A stretch of DNA of 64,000 bases from Phoronis australis (taxonomy: Eukaryota; Animalia; Phoronida): contig NMRA01000135.1 in NCBI GenBank assembly GCA_002633005.1, forward strand, positions 247,115-311,114, given 5' to 3'. Position 1 is the stretch's first letter. Each line of letters begins with the position of its first letter. Below the pieces are notes generated by a model. The model was not told where the DNA came from and made no database searches. It saw only the letters and a list, made by a program, of their open reading frames with translations. Positions 1 to 13,566 of this stretch are shown piece after piece. The position numbers were made by a program, and so were the translations under genes.

Positions 1-199
1 TCTGAAAAGTACGTCAGTCGTTGAGAGGAGAGTTCAATCAAGAATGACCCAATTACACTCTCTCAATCACACAGAAAGTCAATGTTCAAAACCCGTTTAG
101 CGACATGTAATAACTAATTTCATACCACAATATTAGCCTCGAATGGCAGATACAACCGTGTAATAACCCATAAAGTTATCTCACTAGCGAGATAACATT

Positions 200-271
200 T
201 TGGTGGGAAACCGAGGCCGGATTGCGAACCCGGGCCTCAACAGTTGCGAGTCGCCGACTTTACCACTACTG
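200..271 (-). repeat. tRNA-derived (SINE-head-like) fragment
   Basis: Minus strand reads agtagtggtaaagtcggcgactcgcaactgttgaggcccgggttcgcaatccggcctcgg, with A-box-like TAGTGGTAA and B-box-like GGTTCGCAATCC but no convincing acceptor stem. Confidence 0.4.
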
Positions 272-1308
272 GAACAAGTATAGGGAACAAGTTGGCTTAC
301 AGACCATGTTTGAATTGAAGCATATCGACAGACATAGCCGAAACAGTCGATAGATTCTCATTGCAGCACATTTATATTACTTCCTAGTGCAACGGAACTA
401 GTTGGTTGAAGAACTAGTGCAGGCGTTACATTGTTCTTGCGGTGACTGTCGTTAACAGATCACCGTCATATACACACGCACACACGCACACACGCGCGCA
501 CACTCACCTCTTTTCACTGGGTCAACCATAATTGGCGGTGCAAAGTTGATGACGCCTTCTGTTGCTATTTCACTAGTAATGGGTGTACGCCAAGACCCGT
601 ACTCTGCTTCTATGACACCTAAGCATATAAGTGCAGAAAAAGGCTTTCAACTTCGCATGAACATAAAAAGACTCAAGCGGCGCGAGAAAACATTTAACAT
701 GATTTTTATGGTGAAAAAGGGTGCCCCATTTTGTACCGCATAAGACTTTGAAGGAAGTTCCGCATGAAGCTCTAATATTGTATACAGACACTGCCTGTCT
801 TATACGACTTTTACAAGTAATCGACTTGGGTAGATAACACTTCTCGAGCTGAAAGTGGAGCATTTCTGATTTTGTTCCGATCCAGGAAAAGTCATGTACG
901 ATGCTTGGACCAAACATTAAAGACACACACTAACGTCTTTGTTGCTTCTTGTCAGGGAGGGAGAAAAGGAGAGGGGNNNNNNNNNNNNNNNNNNNNNNNN
1001 NNNNNNNNNNNNNNNNNNNNNNNNNNNNNNNNNNNNNNNNNNNNNNNNNNNNNNNNNNNNNNNNNNNNNNNNNNNNNNNNNNNNNNNNNNNNNNNNNNNN
1101 NNNNNNNNNNNNNNNNNNNNNNNNNNNNNNNNNNNNNNNNNNNNNNNNNNNNNNNNNNNNNNNNNNNNNNNNNNNNNNNNNNNNNNNNNNNNNNNNNNNN
1201 NNNNNNNNNNNNNNNNNNNNNNNNNNNNNNNNNNNNNNNNNNNNNNNNNNNNNNNNNNNNNNNNNNNNNNNNNNNNNNNNNNNNNNNNNNNNNNNNNNNN
1301 NNNNNNNA

Positions 1309-1314
1309 GGGAGG

Positions 1315-1358
<44 letters not shown>

Positions 1359-1371
1359 GAGAGAGAGAGGG
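1309..1371. repeat. (GA)n microsatellite flanking assembly gap 977-1307
   Basis: Seen directly; other microsatellites at 470-502 (CA/CG), 8208-8238 (GA), 34495-34542 (GT). Confidence 0.95.
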
Positions 1372-2599
1372 ATGTTTGCGAACATTATGTTTAAAAATTT
1401 AAGAAACCAAACCGAACCAAACCCATAATAATTTGCTGCCAGTTCAACAACAGATGTTCCCTAAATTAGAATGCGTTAAGTACGCGTCACTGCCATGTAG
1501 TTTCTTTGATCTTAACAATTTAACTGGCTGTTTACGTAGGTCCTAAAGATTTCGTCACGAGGATCAAACATCAATGACCATTTTTGAGATTTCACTCATC
1601 TAGCTTCAATTCGGAGCGCCTCTATGTCATCGAGGTCGGCTTATAACTAATTTGCCAGGCACAATCACGATGGCGAGTAGGCCTAGATGAAGCTCAATAA
1701 ATACTTGTGGACAATTTTGTTCATCTCCCTAAGAATATAGATTTACACGCTATTGAACTCCATGTTTGGGGGTATTGTAAAGATTTTTCTGTCTGTTTGA
1801 CTTCAGTTAAAACTATAACGAAGTCTAGTTTAGCCTGTCAATATATCTAGAACACTAATGTCTGAAAAATTGTTATACCCTGTAACCATCAACAGTTTAG
1901 AGCACTAGGCACGGTAAAAACTGGCAAACCGTGGTTGACGCTATCTACAAATCTCCAGTTTTTCCTGTCACAGAGACACCACATCGGTGTGTTTTGCGCT
2001 TTATAGCTCAATCTTTCGCCGGGGCGGTAACAGTTCAAACTACGGACTACAGTGTTGCGATAATACAATCTCAGCGTATTCTATGATCGTCGACTTCCGG
2101 ATTCACGCGTGTATTGGTCCAGCGGCCATAGCATTAACCGCGAAAACATTTCAGAATGGGCTAGTGAAATGTACGTTTTCAAAAGAACACGATTTCGTTC
2201 CATACAATGCCAGCCGCCGGTCAAGCCGGAGGGCTTACCAAACGAGGTATCATTTTAAACCGAAATTTTTCTCGTTGACCCGACAAGGAAGAAAAGTGTG
2301 ACGTTACCATTTTGGAATATTCTAGGAGATTCCGCCTAACTCTTGCCACTCCTCTATACGTTTCATTGGGTCAAAAGATGTAAATGAAAAGAAAATTAAA
2401 CAATGAGTCAAACTCTGTTTTAGAAAACACGTGGTTATTATGCTAATCTGTATGGTTCGCAGTAACTGTAGCCAAAAAACTAGCTTCAGAAAGAGCTATT
2501 TTTGTTGAATTTTGCCACTTTGAAAATAATGTGTTCTTGAACTTGAATAGGCCATCGCCATTGTGTGTCTCCAAAAGGGCCGTCCCGGATTTACTGGCG

Positions 2600-2770
2600 G
2601 AGATAAGAAAGCGCATGACCTCGTTTTGAAAATCAGGCACATTTTCGTGTCTCTCACTGATGTCGGGAAGGCAAAGAATTTCAGATCACGCATCCACGGG
2701 TATTTGTCCAGTTCATCAGGCTTTCTTACGTCGGAATTGCAGCCTACAGCAGTAATATTTCATTGGCATT
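2600..2770 (-). pseudogene. degenerate THAP-domain-like fragment, probably from a DNA transposon
   Basis: Minus-strand translation VGCNSDVRKPDELDKYPWMRDLKFFAFPTSVRD, preceded out of frame by MPMK/YYCC, resembles the THAP N-terminal C..GC.N...FF.FP pattern; C-terminal C/H ligands not recovered. Confidence 0.3.
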
Positions 2771-5700
2771 GAAAGGACGAATAGAGTAATGCAACCGACA
2801 AGAACTTATAACGAACTAGGCAACAACAAATAACACGTGAAACTCCTGTGGCACGACAACGAGGCAGCAAATGTGCCTGATGGATGTTTACCACATTGTG
2901 GGTAAATACAGCAACTGAGATTCGAGTGTTGCAGTGTAATACGGGACCGTCGTAATTGGAGAAGTTGTTAGAGCACCTGAGACATATTCCCTTTCCGTCC
3001 CTATATTGTATGAGCTGCTGCGTAGTGGCTTCATGACAGTGATCCGTTTTCATCCATAAGCGGTTACGGCAGTCACACAGATAGCCTGACTATTCTCTAC
3101 GTGTCAATAACGAACGTTACTCCGCCATAATCTAGATTACTCCAAACGTTTAACAATTCTAAATGCTTAAAGCGGCATGAAATCCGTGCTATATGCCAAA
3201 AACAAGATTCGATTTATACGACCCCCTTCCCGTATAAATTGGTGTTTTTCCGCTCCTTGCTCTGGACTCTGGGTGGGACTTGGCAAGAATTAACAGCACC
3301 TTATCTCTTCAGATCTAGCTCATGGATTTCCGGTCAAGACCTACGTGACCAGAAAATTCTTGGGCCTGAAGAAATGACTACTTCATTCAAAGCACTGAAA
3401 TCAACTACCATTTGAGAGCAATTTCATAACGGTATGTGGTCTAAATCAACAGTTGTTTTTTTGATAGAACATTTGTTTACAGCCGCTACAGCAGATGTGA
3501 CAGGTATTCAAAATCGAGCTCAGCTTATTTTCATACAGCTACGGATAACATTAGGCTTACAAATTTGAGTGATTACCCATAACGCATTGAGTTAGCTGTC
3601 ACTCACCACGGCGGCCATTTCAGGTGGCGATGCACCATCAAAATAAAATTTAATCTACAAAAACTGTAATAAATTCAGTTAAGTTTGAATACTAAGTTGT
3701 GTTGATCGAGTATTACATGAACTAAACTTTCGAGCTAAGTTGCGATAAAATACGTTTTATGAAGACCTAACTAAAATAAAGCGAAAATAGTATCTTTAAT
3801 ACCCATACTCCTATGTTTTGCGAATGAAAAGATGCACTTTGTTACGTTTGGATAACCATTCTCGCTCTAATAAAGGTCGGGTACCGATGTGTTTTCAGCT
3901 TTATGAGTCAACTTCCCAAATGATCGAAAAATAATTTCACCTTAATTGCCTATTTTTGCTATCTGTAAAGTTTCCCGTGGCATTGAAACTGTGGACACGT
4001 GCGAAAAAGTGCTTCGGATGTTGCATCATTTGAGAGCTTAATTGAATATTTCCCATTTGTACGATGTCGTTATGCACGTAACCTTGTCGTCTGAGTAGCC
4101 CGAGAGACCAATGAGCGTTACCATTATGCGCCAAACAGGAAGTAATTATTTATTGAAATTTACAGTTCACGTGCATCAAAAATCAGATTCGAATTTAAAC
4201 CACTTACTCCTACTGCTACTAAACTGGCCTCAAATTAAACGTTAAGCCCTGATTACAAAATACGATCAGTCTTTTACGACGGTATTAATTGTTGCGTGTA
4301 CGTAGACAGGTGTTATGACACCATTCTTTGACCTAAAAAGTTGTCTGCGATTTTTGAAATAGATCATGTCCCTTTGCTTCGACGATTCGAAATCTTACCC
4401 GACAAACTGACCACTAGTTGTCGTATGCGAATTAGTACACAAAATCGTATACGACAATAGGTGTGTGTTGATAGGGCTTTACTGAGATTAGATACTGAAA
4501 CGATTTCTGGGCTTAAGCCGAATTGGCAGTCGGTTGTTGCTTTGGGACTTTATGCTCGGCGAATGAGATGACCAGCCCGTCGAAGCTAACTTATTGAACC
4601 AAAGCCAAGTCATTGAGTCTGGTATCAAAAACAACTTGTAACCTGAGTATTAAAGGAACAAGTTGAAACACTTTTATAGTGATAAATAATTATCCAAACA
4701 GTATTTTTTTGATAGAAAGCTTGTACATAGCAATTTTAGACTACTACTTGCCCGTTCAAGGACGTTAATAAAACATTGAGTATTATAGTTTTCATCAATT
4801 TCGCAGTGCTTTATAATATTTGATTACCCCTAATCATGACATAATCATCAAATTCTGAAATGTTTTGGAAATTTGTCACCTAATTTTCCATTACGTCACA
4901 AGAGGGCAGCCATTGAGAGAAAGGGTAGTGGTTGTCTGCAGAACTGCTTTCTAGCTGATCAGCTGAAATGCATTCCTCTGAACACTGTCAATCTGGTCTG
5001 TGAGTTTTTAACTTCATCCTAAATGCACTCATATATTTGTATCTTTCAGTAACACACAATGCAATGGTGTTTTATTTTCAGCGAGTAAACCGAAGGGCGA
5101 GTCAACTTCGTCGTTCTGAAAAATGAAACTATTAATCCATGGTTTCTTTATGACACGATTTCTCTCATTAGCGTCACCTCAATTGTTTACATTCAGTTGA
5201 CACGAGAGAGGAAATAGTTTACATATAGGACCTGATAAATCCAGCAAGGTATGCGACAGAACATAATCCACAACTTGTTTCTTCGGACACGTGACTCTAT
5301 GACGTTTTAATTAACATACTTAGCTATAGGAGAAGTAACTGGGGCATTAAAAATTTAAAAAATTCTTTTGTATAAAATTAACCTATAAACTCACTCTTTT
5401 ATGTAAAATGTGTGCACTTCATTGAATAACGCCCCAATTTTTCTTTTCACATCAGTAAATGGGGCATTAAGGCAGTCCCTGATAGATAACAAAAATCGGA
5501 GTTTTCATTATTTAATCGTAACAGTGTGTTAAGAAAGATAAAAATGACGAATCGGCATCATTATTTGATAGTAAAGGGAAATGGCAAATACGTCATCGAA
5601 ATAAAAGATTATTAGTGAAACTTGAGGTTTTTAGAAGGGTCTACAACCAGAAATCTTTTGTTTTTCAAGCGTACCTAAATTTCATGGTTGATGGTGTTCG

Positions 5701-7019
5701 CAAGCAAACCTCCGATAGATTTTTGTTTACTAGACTGGCTTTAATGACCCTTTCTCAAAAATAGAAAATAGCTAGGTGGAAATTTTTGACTGTTCCAATG
5801 ACGATTAAACGCTCCCGACGAGACGTAACTGATGACTGATGAGGTCTCAAGCGAGTCCAGTAAGGTTTGAGGTATCAGTAAAGAACGTCAGTAAAACTTC
5901 AACTTAAATAGTACAATGTGCACGCCTTCTTCCAAAAATCGTTGTATCATAGACATTTATAAGGCCTTTAGAACTGGTTTCAAGGTCTTAGAAAGAAAAG
6001 AGAATTCACCGTTGCTTGAAGCCATGCTCGGTGTATAAGATGATCCACTGGATTAAGTCATCAAATTAAATCACCTTATAAGCACTACTAACCGTCAGTT
6101 TCCTCCATTTACAGAAGTTACTTTTACTGAGAGAGACCAATTTCACAACGAAAGAGAGCGAAATCGATTAAAAAAGCCTGAAACCCGAAAAACAGATTAA
6201 ATTGTATTATCGGGCCCGTTCGATCGAACCCCCCCCCGCAGAAAAGGTCCAGCCCCAGTCTATCCGTTAAAGATAGGATATAGAAGAATAACAACAACAA
6301 AACTATTTCATCTACAGATACTACTAACTACTACTGTAACTGAGCTAACACTAATTAGCTTCAAGCGCTTCACGTTGGCATCAGGCCGTAGTCGGCCAAC
6401 TTCGCCCTAATGGTTAATATGCGTTAATATACGGATCGTGCAGACGATTAGAGAAGGCTTTAGGTTATTCATCGGTATTGAACCTTCGGAATAGTGAACC
6501 TTCAGAGTAGTGAACCATCGGAATAGTAGGCTGTTCCTATTTCCAGCGATGTAAACAATTTAACTTACACGCAAAACACAACCAGTCGGCATTCTCCGAC
6601 TAAATATTTCAGTTCGAGTATGTAATGAGGTCACTCATTAAAGCACGTGTTATTTGAAAGCTTGGCAAGAAGTAACGTCAGAACGTTATCTTCCTGAACC
6701 ACATTGTATCCGAATTTGAGCCCCGTTCTTTGCGAGCAACCGCCACGGCATTATCATTTCTGGTGTAACGAATTCAGTCTCATCTCATGAACATAGAGCT
6801 GAGAGTCATTGTTGTGTATACAGATTTGCCTTCCCCCTAATTAAGCTGCGTCAAGAGCATTGCCGAAAACTCTACAGTGTAGACGTTTGCAAAACATCAA
6901 AGGTCCGCTGTTCTAGAAATTCGAACCACCCCCCGCGCAATGCTGTCTACCGGCCTGACTATTCAAAGTAGTGCCCTGCCACTGAAACAGAATTCGCACC
7001 TGTTCACAAGGTATTTTTA

Positions 7020-7713
7020 CGTTTTGCTCGTGAAATTTATAATTTCTGTTGATGTCAAAGTATCTTTCTTTTAATTTCAAATTTCAAAAAAAACACGATC
7101 TCTCGGCTGCTCGTCACTTCGTCGATTTTCTCTCACAAGACGAAGCACGTCTCCTTATTTGGTCTGGAAAGACATAGACGAAGCACATTTCCCTTAAATG
7201 AAAAATGTGTCCTTTGTCCTTCGATGTAAACAATACAATGGCGACTTCAAACAGCAGTCACTTAGATTCAGAGGCAATTGGTGTCCATCTGTTTAAAATT
7301 AGTTACAAAGATATCGTAGAATTCAAAAATTCGAAAATGCAGTTGGCATTCTTTTTGGGAAATCGCTTGCATCGCTGGCTTGCCTCATTCTGTACTGTCG
7401 ACCTCAGATTCATAGTGCAATCACTCCTGATAATCTACTGTCAACATCCATCTTGCCTATCTGTTGTTTGTCGACTGACAGTGAGCGCATGCGTGCATTT
7501 ATCATAAGTGGGAGGAAGATTAGAAAGTCTGTGGTGACCACAGGGTTTATCTTTATCGCGTATTTCAAATATCGTGAATTGTGTGATTTTTTTCTTGAAA
7601 GTCTCTCATAGGGACAATGAACAACTCTGTAGTAGACTTTACGATATGCTACTTTCGTCAAGAATTGTTTAAAATATATTTTTGAAGAGCTTTCGCGGTC
7701 CATGCCTCTTTAA
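7020..7713 (+). mobile_element. Kolobok-like non-autonomous element copy (family also at 43302-43800 and 48215-48735)
   Basis: Shared blocks such as aagcacgtctccttattt and gcgcatgcgtgcatttatcataagtgggagg in all three places; this copy ends ccatgcctctTTAA. Confidence 0.6.
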
Positions 7714-8203
7714 GTCAGACCTTTTTCGTACAACTCGACTAATGCAAACTTAAGTTAAACGGAGTATAGCTTAACCACACTGCTTTTTAAACAGACGGTT
7801 GCGTTCGTTCGTTTGTCATAGGGCCAAATATAAGAAAATTCTCACCACGTACCATTGTTTTTTTTTTAATTCGATTAGTGTTTTCAAGTTGAGTGTATCT
7901 TTGAACAGATTCCCCTGTCGCACATTCGTTTGGCAGAAAATGGTAACTGATTTTTCATATGATTCAGAATTATATTACAATGTAGTCAACTCATTCATCC
8001 ACACGTTCATCTAGATTAACTCCAGTCAGTGTGATAAAAAACTATAGGAAATATAGGTCTTTGGACTCTACAAATCCACAGTGTTTGTGAAAAATATAAT
8101 TTTAACATTGTAATGTTCGAAAATTTCTAATTCCTTGTCATCAAAACACAAGGAACGTTTTTTTAATCTCCAACAACAAATGTCACACGTGGTTAGAGTT
8201 AGA

Positions 8204-8241
<38 letters not shown>

Positions 8242-8477
8242 GAGAATTTAATTAACCGTCAAGTGACATTGCTGAGTAGATGAAAGACAAAACAGCTGAA
8301 AAACAAACCTTACAATCCATCAGATTGTTTATGTATAGCTCGTGTCACCGACATCGCAGACATCAGCGGCTAGGTAAAAACATTGAATAGAAATGTATTT
8401 CCAATGATGAAAATTCTTTAGAACAAACACTACATTTTTATTATATAGGCTTTATTTGCCTGTTTGAAAAATTCGCG

Positions 8478-8548
8478 TGTCCAGACCTTGGAATCGATTC
8501 AAGGATCTCCCGAATACTAGCCGGCATTTTGACCACTGACTCATCCAG
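8478..8548 (-). repeat. tRNA-derived SINE-like fragment
   Basis: Minus strand shows a degenerate A box (gagtcagtggtcaaa) and B-box-like tgaatcgattcc. Confidence 0.3.
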
Positions 8549-9509
8549 AGTTTGCCGAGAACAGTAGTGACTGCGGAGTTTAATCAGCAATGCCATTGTA
8601 AACAACTTATTATCCATCGGGGGATGATTGCACTACTACAAAAAATAACGAGAACGTGCTGAAAGTGAATAACATGGCACGCACCAAGCAATTTATTTTT
8701 TCTTTAATTGTTGTCTTGTCGTGTTCCGTGTGTTTTCTACAAAGGTCTTTAAATGCTAGGGTATATACGGCGTTGCCGAAACGATACCACCTGAAAATCG
8801 ACAGCGAGTACTTACCTTGCACTAGTTGCCACATAACTCCGATGGACGCAACCACCAAGGGGAACATGCTTGTCATCTCAGCGGTACCGTTGTGACCAAC
8901 GCTTATTGACAACACGTGTGTTTAAACGAACATGTGAAAGGTAAAATATAATTATTTCCACATAAGCTCGATCAATCACGACGAGTTTGACAAGTGATTT
9001 AAAGGTGTGTGCACAAGCACAAAATTACGTACTACGTTCATTGACAATGTTTATAGTATTTGCTGAATATTGGTATAACTTATGATTTGAACGAGCTAGG
9101 CTATCTCATGGGCGGGGGCAAGGGGGAGGGGGGGGGGCAGGGAGGGAGCGGGGGAGCTCACGTTTTTTAAAAAGCCTTGGTAACTTTCTCTGGAATTTGT
9201 AGGAAAGCGATCGACACGAACTGCTGTTAGAAAATACCGGAATTTTATTTTGAAGTCTTTGTACCCAAGTAAAGAGGCGAAAGTGGACTGTTGTTTGTTC
9301 TCTATTTTGTTCTCTATTAATGTTTATTGCATGTTTTAGCGGCCAGTAGCACGATTTCGCCCCTTTAGGGTGCTACTCGTAAAATTGTCACGAATCCAGA
9401 ATTTGAAGATTATATTTTAATCAAATTAAATAGTGATTATAATGCTGTCCGAGATTCGTCAATTAGTAAAAAAACATTTTATGACGTCAAATTGACATGG
9501 ATCTAGGTG

Positions 9510-10150
9510 GACAGTCCGAAGGTCCACTGATCAGAAGGTCCACACTGAAGTGCACTGTTCATAAGTCCGAATCTTAAAAAAGTTTGCTTTAATCGCCTTT
9601 AACTTTCAAGACAGTGATGATCGACAGGAGGCTCCACACAATGATTACAAAATGTTCCGGAATTCATTTCACCCATTAGGACAGTCTGAAATATATCTGC
9701 CGACAAGCCAAGTGCCGAATGTTCCGAACAATTTCGAGCTGTGGATACTGAGCTTCAATTTTCGAAATGATTGAAGTTTTTAAATTTTCGTTGTCCTGTA
9801 ATATAATTTCCGCTGTCGACGGCTTTGCGTTACCGTCGCTTAACTCGTGATCTGTTACACTCTATCACAGTGCTAAACGAAAGTTAGCAGTATAGGTGGC
9901 GCTGTGTCAGAGGGTAGTGATCTGTGTGATCTGTCGTCAGACTTGTCAACTTTCGGACTTGTGAACCCTCGGGTTTATTTCGGACTAACGGACACCTGCA
10001 TTTTGTCCGAGGTGTGAACATTCGGACTTACCGCGGTCTTTTAAACGTGTTCGAATTTGTGAAGCTTCAGACTGGTGAACTTTTTGTAAAATACCAACAT
10101 TTGTCGATCTTATGGAACTTCGTTCTTGTTAACCTTCAAGCTACCGAGTC
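9510..10150. mobile_element. fold-back-type element with short subterminal repeats
   Basis: Repeated (g)tccgaa motifs on the left and inverted ttcggact/gaaccttc motifs on the right; the same motif is tandemly repeated at 6478-6530. Confidence 0.35.
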
Positions 10151-12289
10151 ATGCAAACATCGATGGACACGCAAACACTAGTTTGATAATCACAAGATTT
10201 ACTGATTTATATGCTTCGATAGAGTTTGAACATTTCACTGAACATGGATGATTTTGTGATGACACCACGGGGCGATGTTGCGTATTACATAGGTAGAGCC
10301 CTCATATGTATCTATTTCACAAACATTTTCACTATTGAAAAATACAACATGCCATGCACTCTTGTTTATTGATTTTTTGTTTTACAGTTGTTATGAATAT
10401 GTAAATCTTAAACCGGTGTGGAAATATAGATTTTTAAGTCTGTTCAGTACATCACCTGTTGGCCACATCACGTAATCTTTTCAGACTTACATCTGCTTAT
10501 ATTCACGTGATGTGTTCAACAGGTGGCGTGCTGACCTGACTTAGGGCTATCTCAAACCAAACTTAGTGACCTTCATTCTAATTCATGTATCAAAAACAAG
10601 GCTATGTCTCCTTCGCTCGAATAATATCTGTAATCCGGCGTCGGCCGATTTTTGTCTTCTGAGACTCCTGACTAGAGCATTTTAATCTAATTTTAATTTG
10701 TCTAGTGACCTGTTACTCATTGTATTTTATTTCGTTCTCCCTTGGGGAGGTCTCATAATAAATGAATAAATAAATAAATAACTAGTAAAAGTATACATTT
10801 TTGAAAAAAGATCAGAGATTGTAAAAACCTGTTTTATATATTTATGCGCTGTTATTATTATTACGTTAAAACCTTTTTAAGTCATAATTTCATTTCTAAG
10901 AAAAGTTCACCCTTTGGCGGTTTTTAATGAAACCCTTTTAAATGAAAATGAGCCTCACTGGGCATTGTATCAATTAAGTTCGACATACATCTCGAGAAAT
11001 AAAGATGCACTCCAAGCTTTATTTCCATAAATGTAAGGGAGACGGGGCATATTGGCGAAAACAAACAATTTATTATGAAAGAAATAATAATATGTATTAT
11101 GGAAGCAATATTCATATACGGAGTTAGTATATTACTCCAGGAAACTAAGCATTAAGAAGTGCAGCGAAAGATTGCAACAGCAAAACATACGCAAAGTTAT
11201 TCGGTAGTACTAAGTCCCACTTTCGTTTCTGTGGTTATGTCCGCCTCGCACTCAAAGGTGCGGAACAACACGAGTCACTATAATTAGACCAGAAAAGTCG
11301 ATAAAACATGTGTTGTTTACTGGAAAAAAATTGATTGATGTCCGCTTTTCACTGACTATTTCGTCTATGGCTCAGGTGTACGCGCGTAAATAACTTGTTA
11401 ATTAACTAGTGGCACCCGAAAATATTGCTCTCAAGTACGGGTGAAGGTCAAACAATCATGTACTTGCGAGTGTACTTTAGGAAAAATATTATTCATTTCC
11501 GTCTTGTGTACTCACCTGTATCCGGTTCACTGCACCTATTACTAACTGATATATCTACTGTTGAAAAAAGACAGATCTGCTGCGAATGGAATAATTATTA
11601 AATTTGCTTCTTTATTGCTGAACTGCAAACAGTGAGACTTCTCATTTTTATGACGTGATAAAAATAGCTTTGGTTTTCACAAAAGTGGTACATGTAAATT
11701 GTTTCAGGTTTTATATTCATAAATGTAAAATTTTCATTTCCGTAACTGTAAGTAGCGCTGTCTTAAAAAATGATTCCAGATGTGCTTTCCGTAGACGTGA
11801 GAACTTGGCGAAAACGCAAGATCACGCAAGACGTCACGAGAAATCCCCATGTATTGCAAGTGAAGCACGTAATCACACTAACTCCCTTCTTACCGTTTAC
11901 GTAACTCAACTCAGGGTTTGCTGAGACTAGCAGGAATCTAAATTCGCTATTTTCCTAAATTCGTAAAGATGATCGTTACGGAAGGCACGTGAAAAGGGAC
12001 GTAGTAACCTCCGAAACCTCAAAGGCGTGAAAGTAACAAAACACGATAGTGCAATTCATTATAATTTCGTGTGATTATGCAATACATGTAATACTGTAAT
12101 GGAACATGATGTAACATAACGTGACATAACCACGTGATGTGTTCAACAGCTTCCTCCATAAGTGACTCTTCGGAGATTCCTTTCACAAATAAATCTACAA
12201 GTTATTGTTAATTTCGTAAGTTGAATATCGGTATCTGAAAAATAGAAGACAACATATGGAGATGAAATCAAAAAATGTAGTTGGTTCCG

Positions 12290-12930
12290 GTCTCTGTTAA
12301 CTAAGTAATGGTTCAATAAGTGCGGTATTCGGGACAGGATTCATAGCGATCAGGGTCGCAATCTTGAAAACGAGCTGCCCAAACAAATGTGTAAATTATA
12401 TGACATTCAGAAATCCCGTACAATCTCGTATCATCCTGAGGGAAATTCACAATGTGAGCGCTTTAATCGTACATAGCATAATCTATTGAAAACTTTGCCA
12501 ATTGATCACAAGCTCAAATGGCCGGAGTATGTGTATGATCTGGTGATGCCATATAATTCTACTCCGCACAGCACTGCTAAGTATTCTCCGTTTTTCTTGT
12601 TCTTTGGTAGGGAAGAGAAATTTCCTTCAGATTTTCTCCTGTGTTTTGATGCGACAAATCTGGCAGATGGTTGCACAGACGAGCATGTAAAGTTGTAAGA
12701 GCAGCATGCTCAGTATTTTACTGACACTTCGAATGTTAAAAATAAAGGTAGAAATGAAACCCGCGTGTTCGTCCAACCATTTCCGGTTTTACAACGGTAT
12801 TTCTGAGAGATCACAGTATCATGGGGAGGAATAAAATTCAGAATGTGTTTGGTTCACTTCTTTGTCGTATTTTGCCTCGGTGAAACACTGTATATTCTGT
12901 GCCGGCGGCAAATGGTGCCGGACCCATTAA
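12290..12930 (+). mobile_element. degenerate Ty3/Gypsy LTR retrotransposon integrase fragment
   Basis: From 12309: [62 protein letters not shown]...YNSTPHSTAKYSPFFLFFGRE, later LRDHSIMGRNKIQ; HSDQG and YHP.GN..CERFNRT are rve integrase motifs; in-frame stops present. Confidence 0.9.
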
Positions 12931-13566
12931 AACTGTTAATAGATCGGAGATCTTGGATAGTAGGGACTTGGTAGGTCTCTAGTTTTTTTCTCTCCTGGTG
13001 AAATACACATTTTTGGCGTTCACTGGAGATTTGCTTTGTTACACTGCGTAGAACCCTAACCACGTCACTGTCGACACCTATTGTGTAGTAGGCCTCTCAT
13101 GGGCTTTCGTTGGCAATGGGAGCGTTCGGCAGCTGGCTATTCTGGAACTAATGCGCTCGATTCCGCGGTACTGCTATTTCTGTGAACTTACTTTTAACAC
13201 TATGAATGTCACTTTAACACAATAACCTGGAGACAAAACAGTGCACATACCACATCTCATGAGATACCACTGATGAAAATATACTTACTTATACAAGAAC
13301 TGAATGAATGAAACGTAGACTAAAAATGTTCATAAAATTAAAAACTTAATAGGCTGGACCACCTAAGATCTGCCAAGAACGAACAGATCTTTGATCTGGC
13401 GGACACGCAGTATTTCAAGTCGGTATTTCAATGAGTGCAGTCTACTCTCTTCTGATTAGCTGTAAAAAGCCTAATAGGTTTACTTGAAGTGTATGGGGCA
13501 CTTGGGCGAATGTTCCAAAACTGATCTATACGTATATCTACCAGCGTACAAAAACTTACATTGATG

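Noticed and set aside
200-271. Functional tRNA gene
   Set aside because: Extra base in the T-loop and no closed acceptor stem; treated as a SINE-like relic.
872-1428. Long ORFs spanning N runs (also 27111-27368 and 39880-40573)
   Set aside because: Open only because of unknown bases and GA microsatellite.
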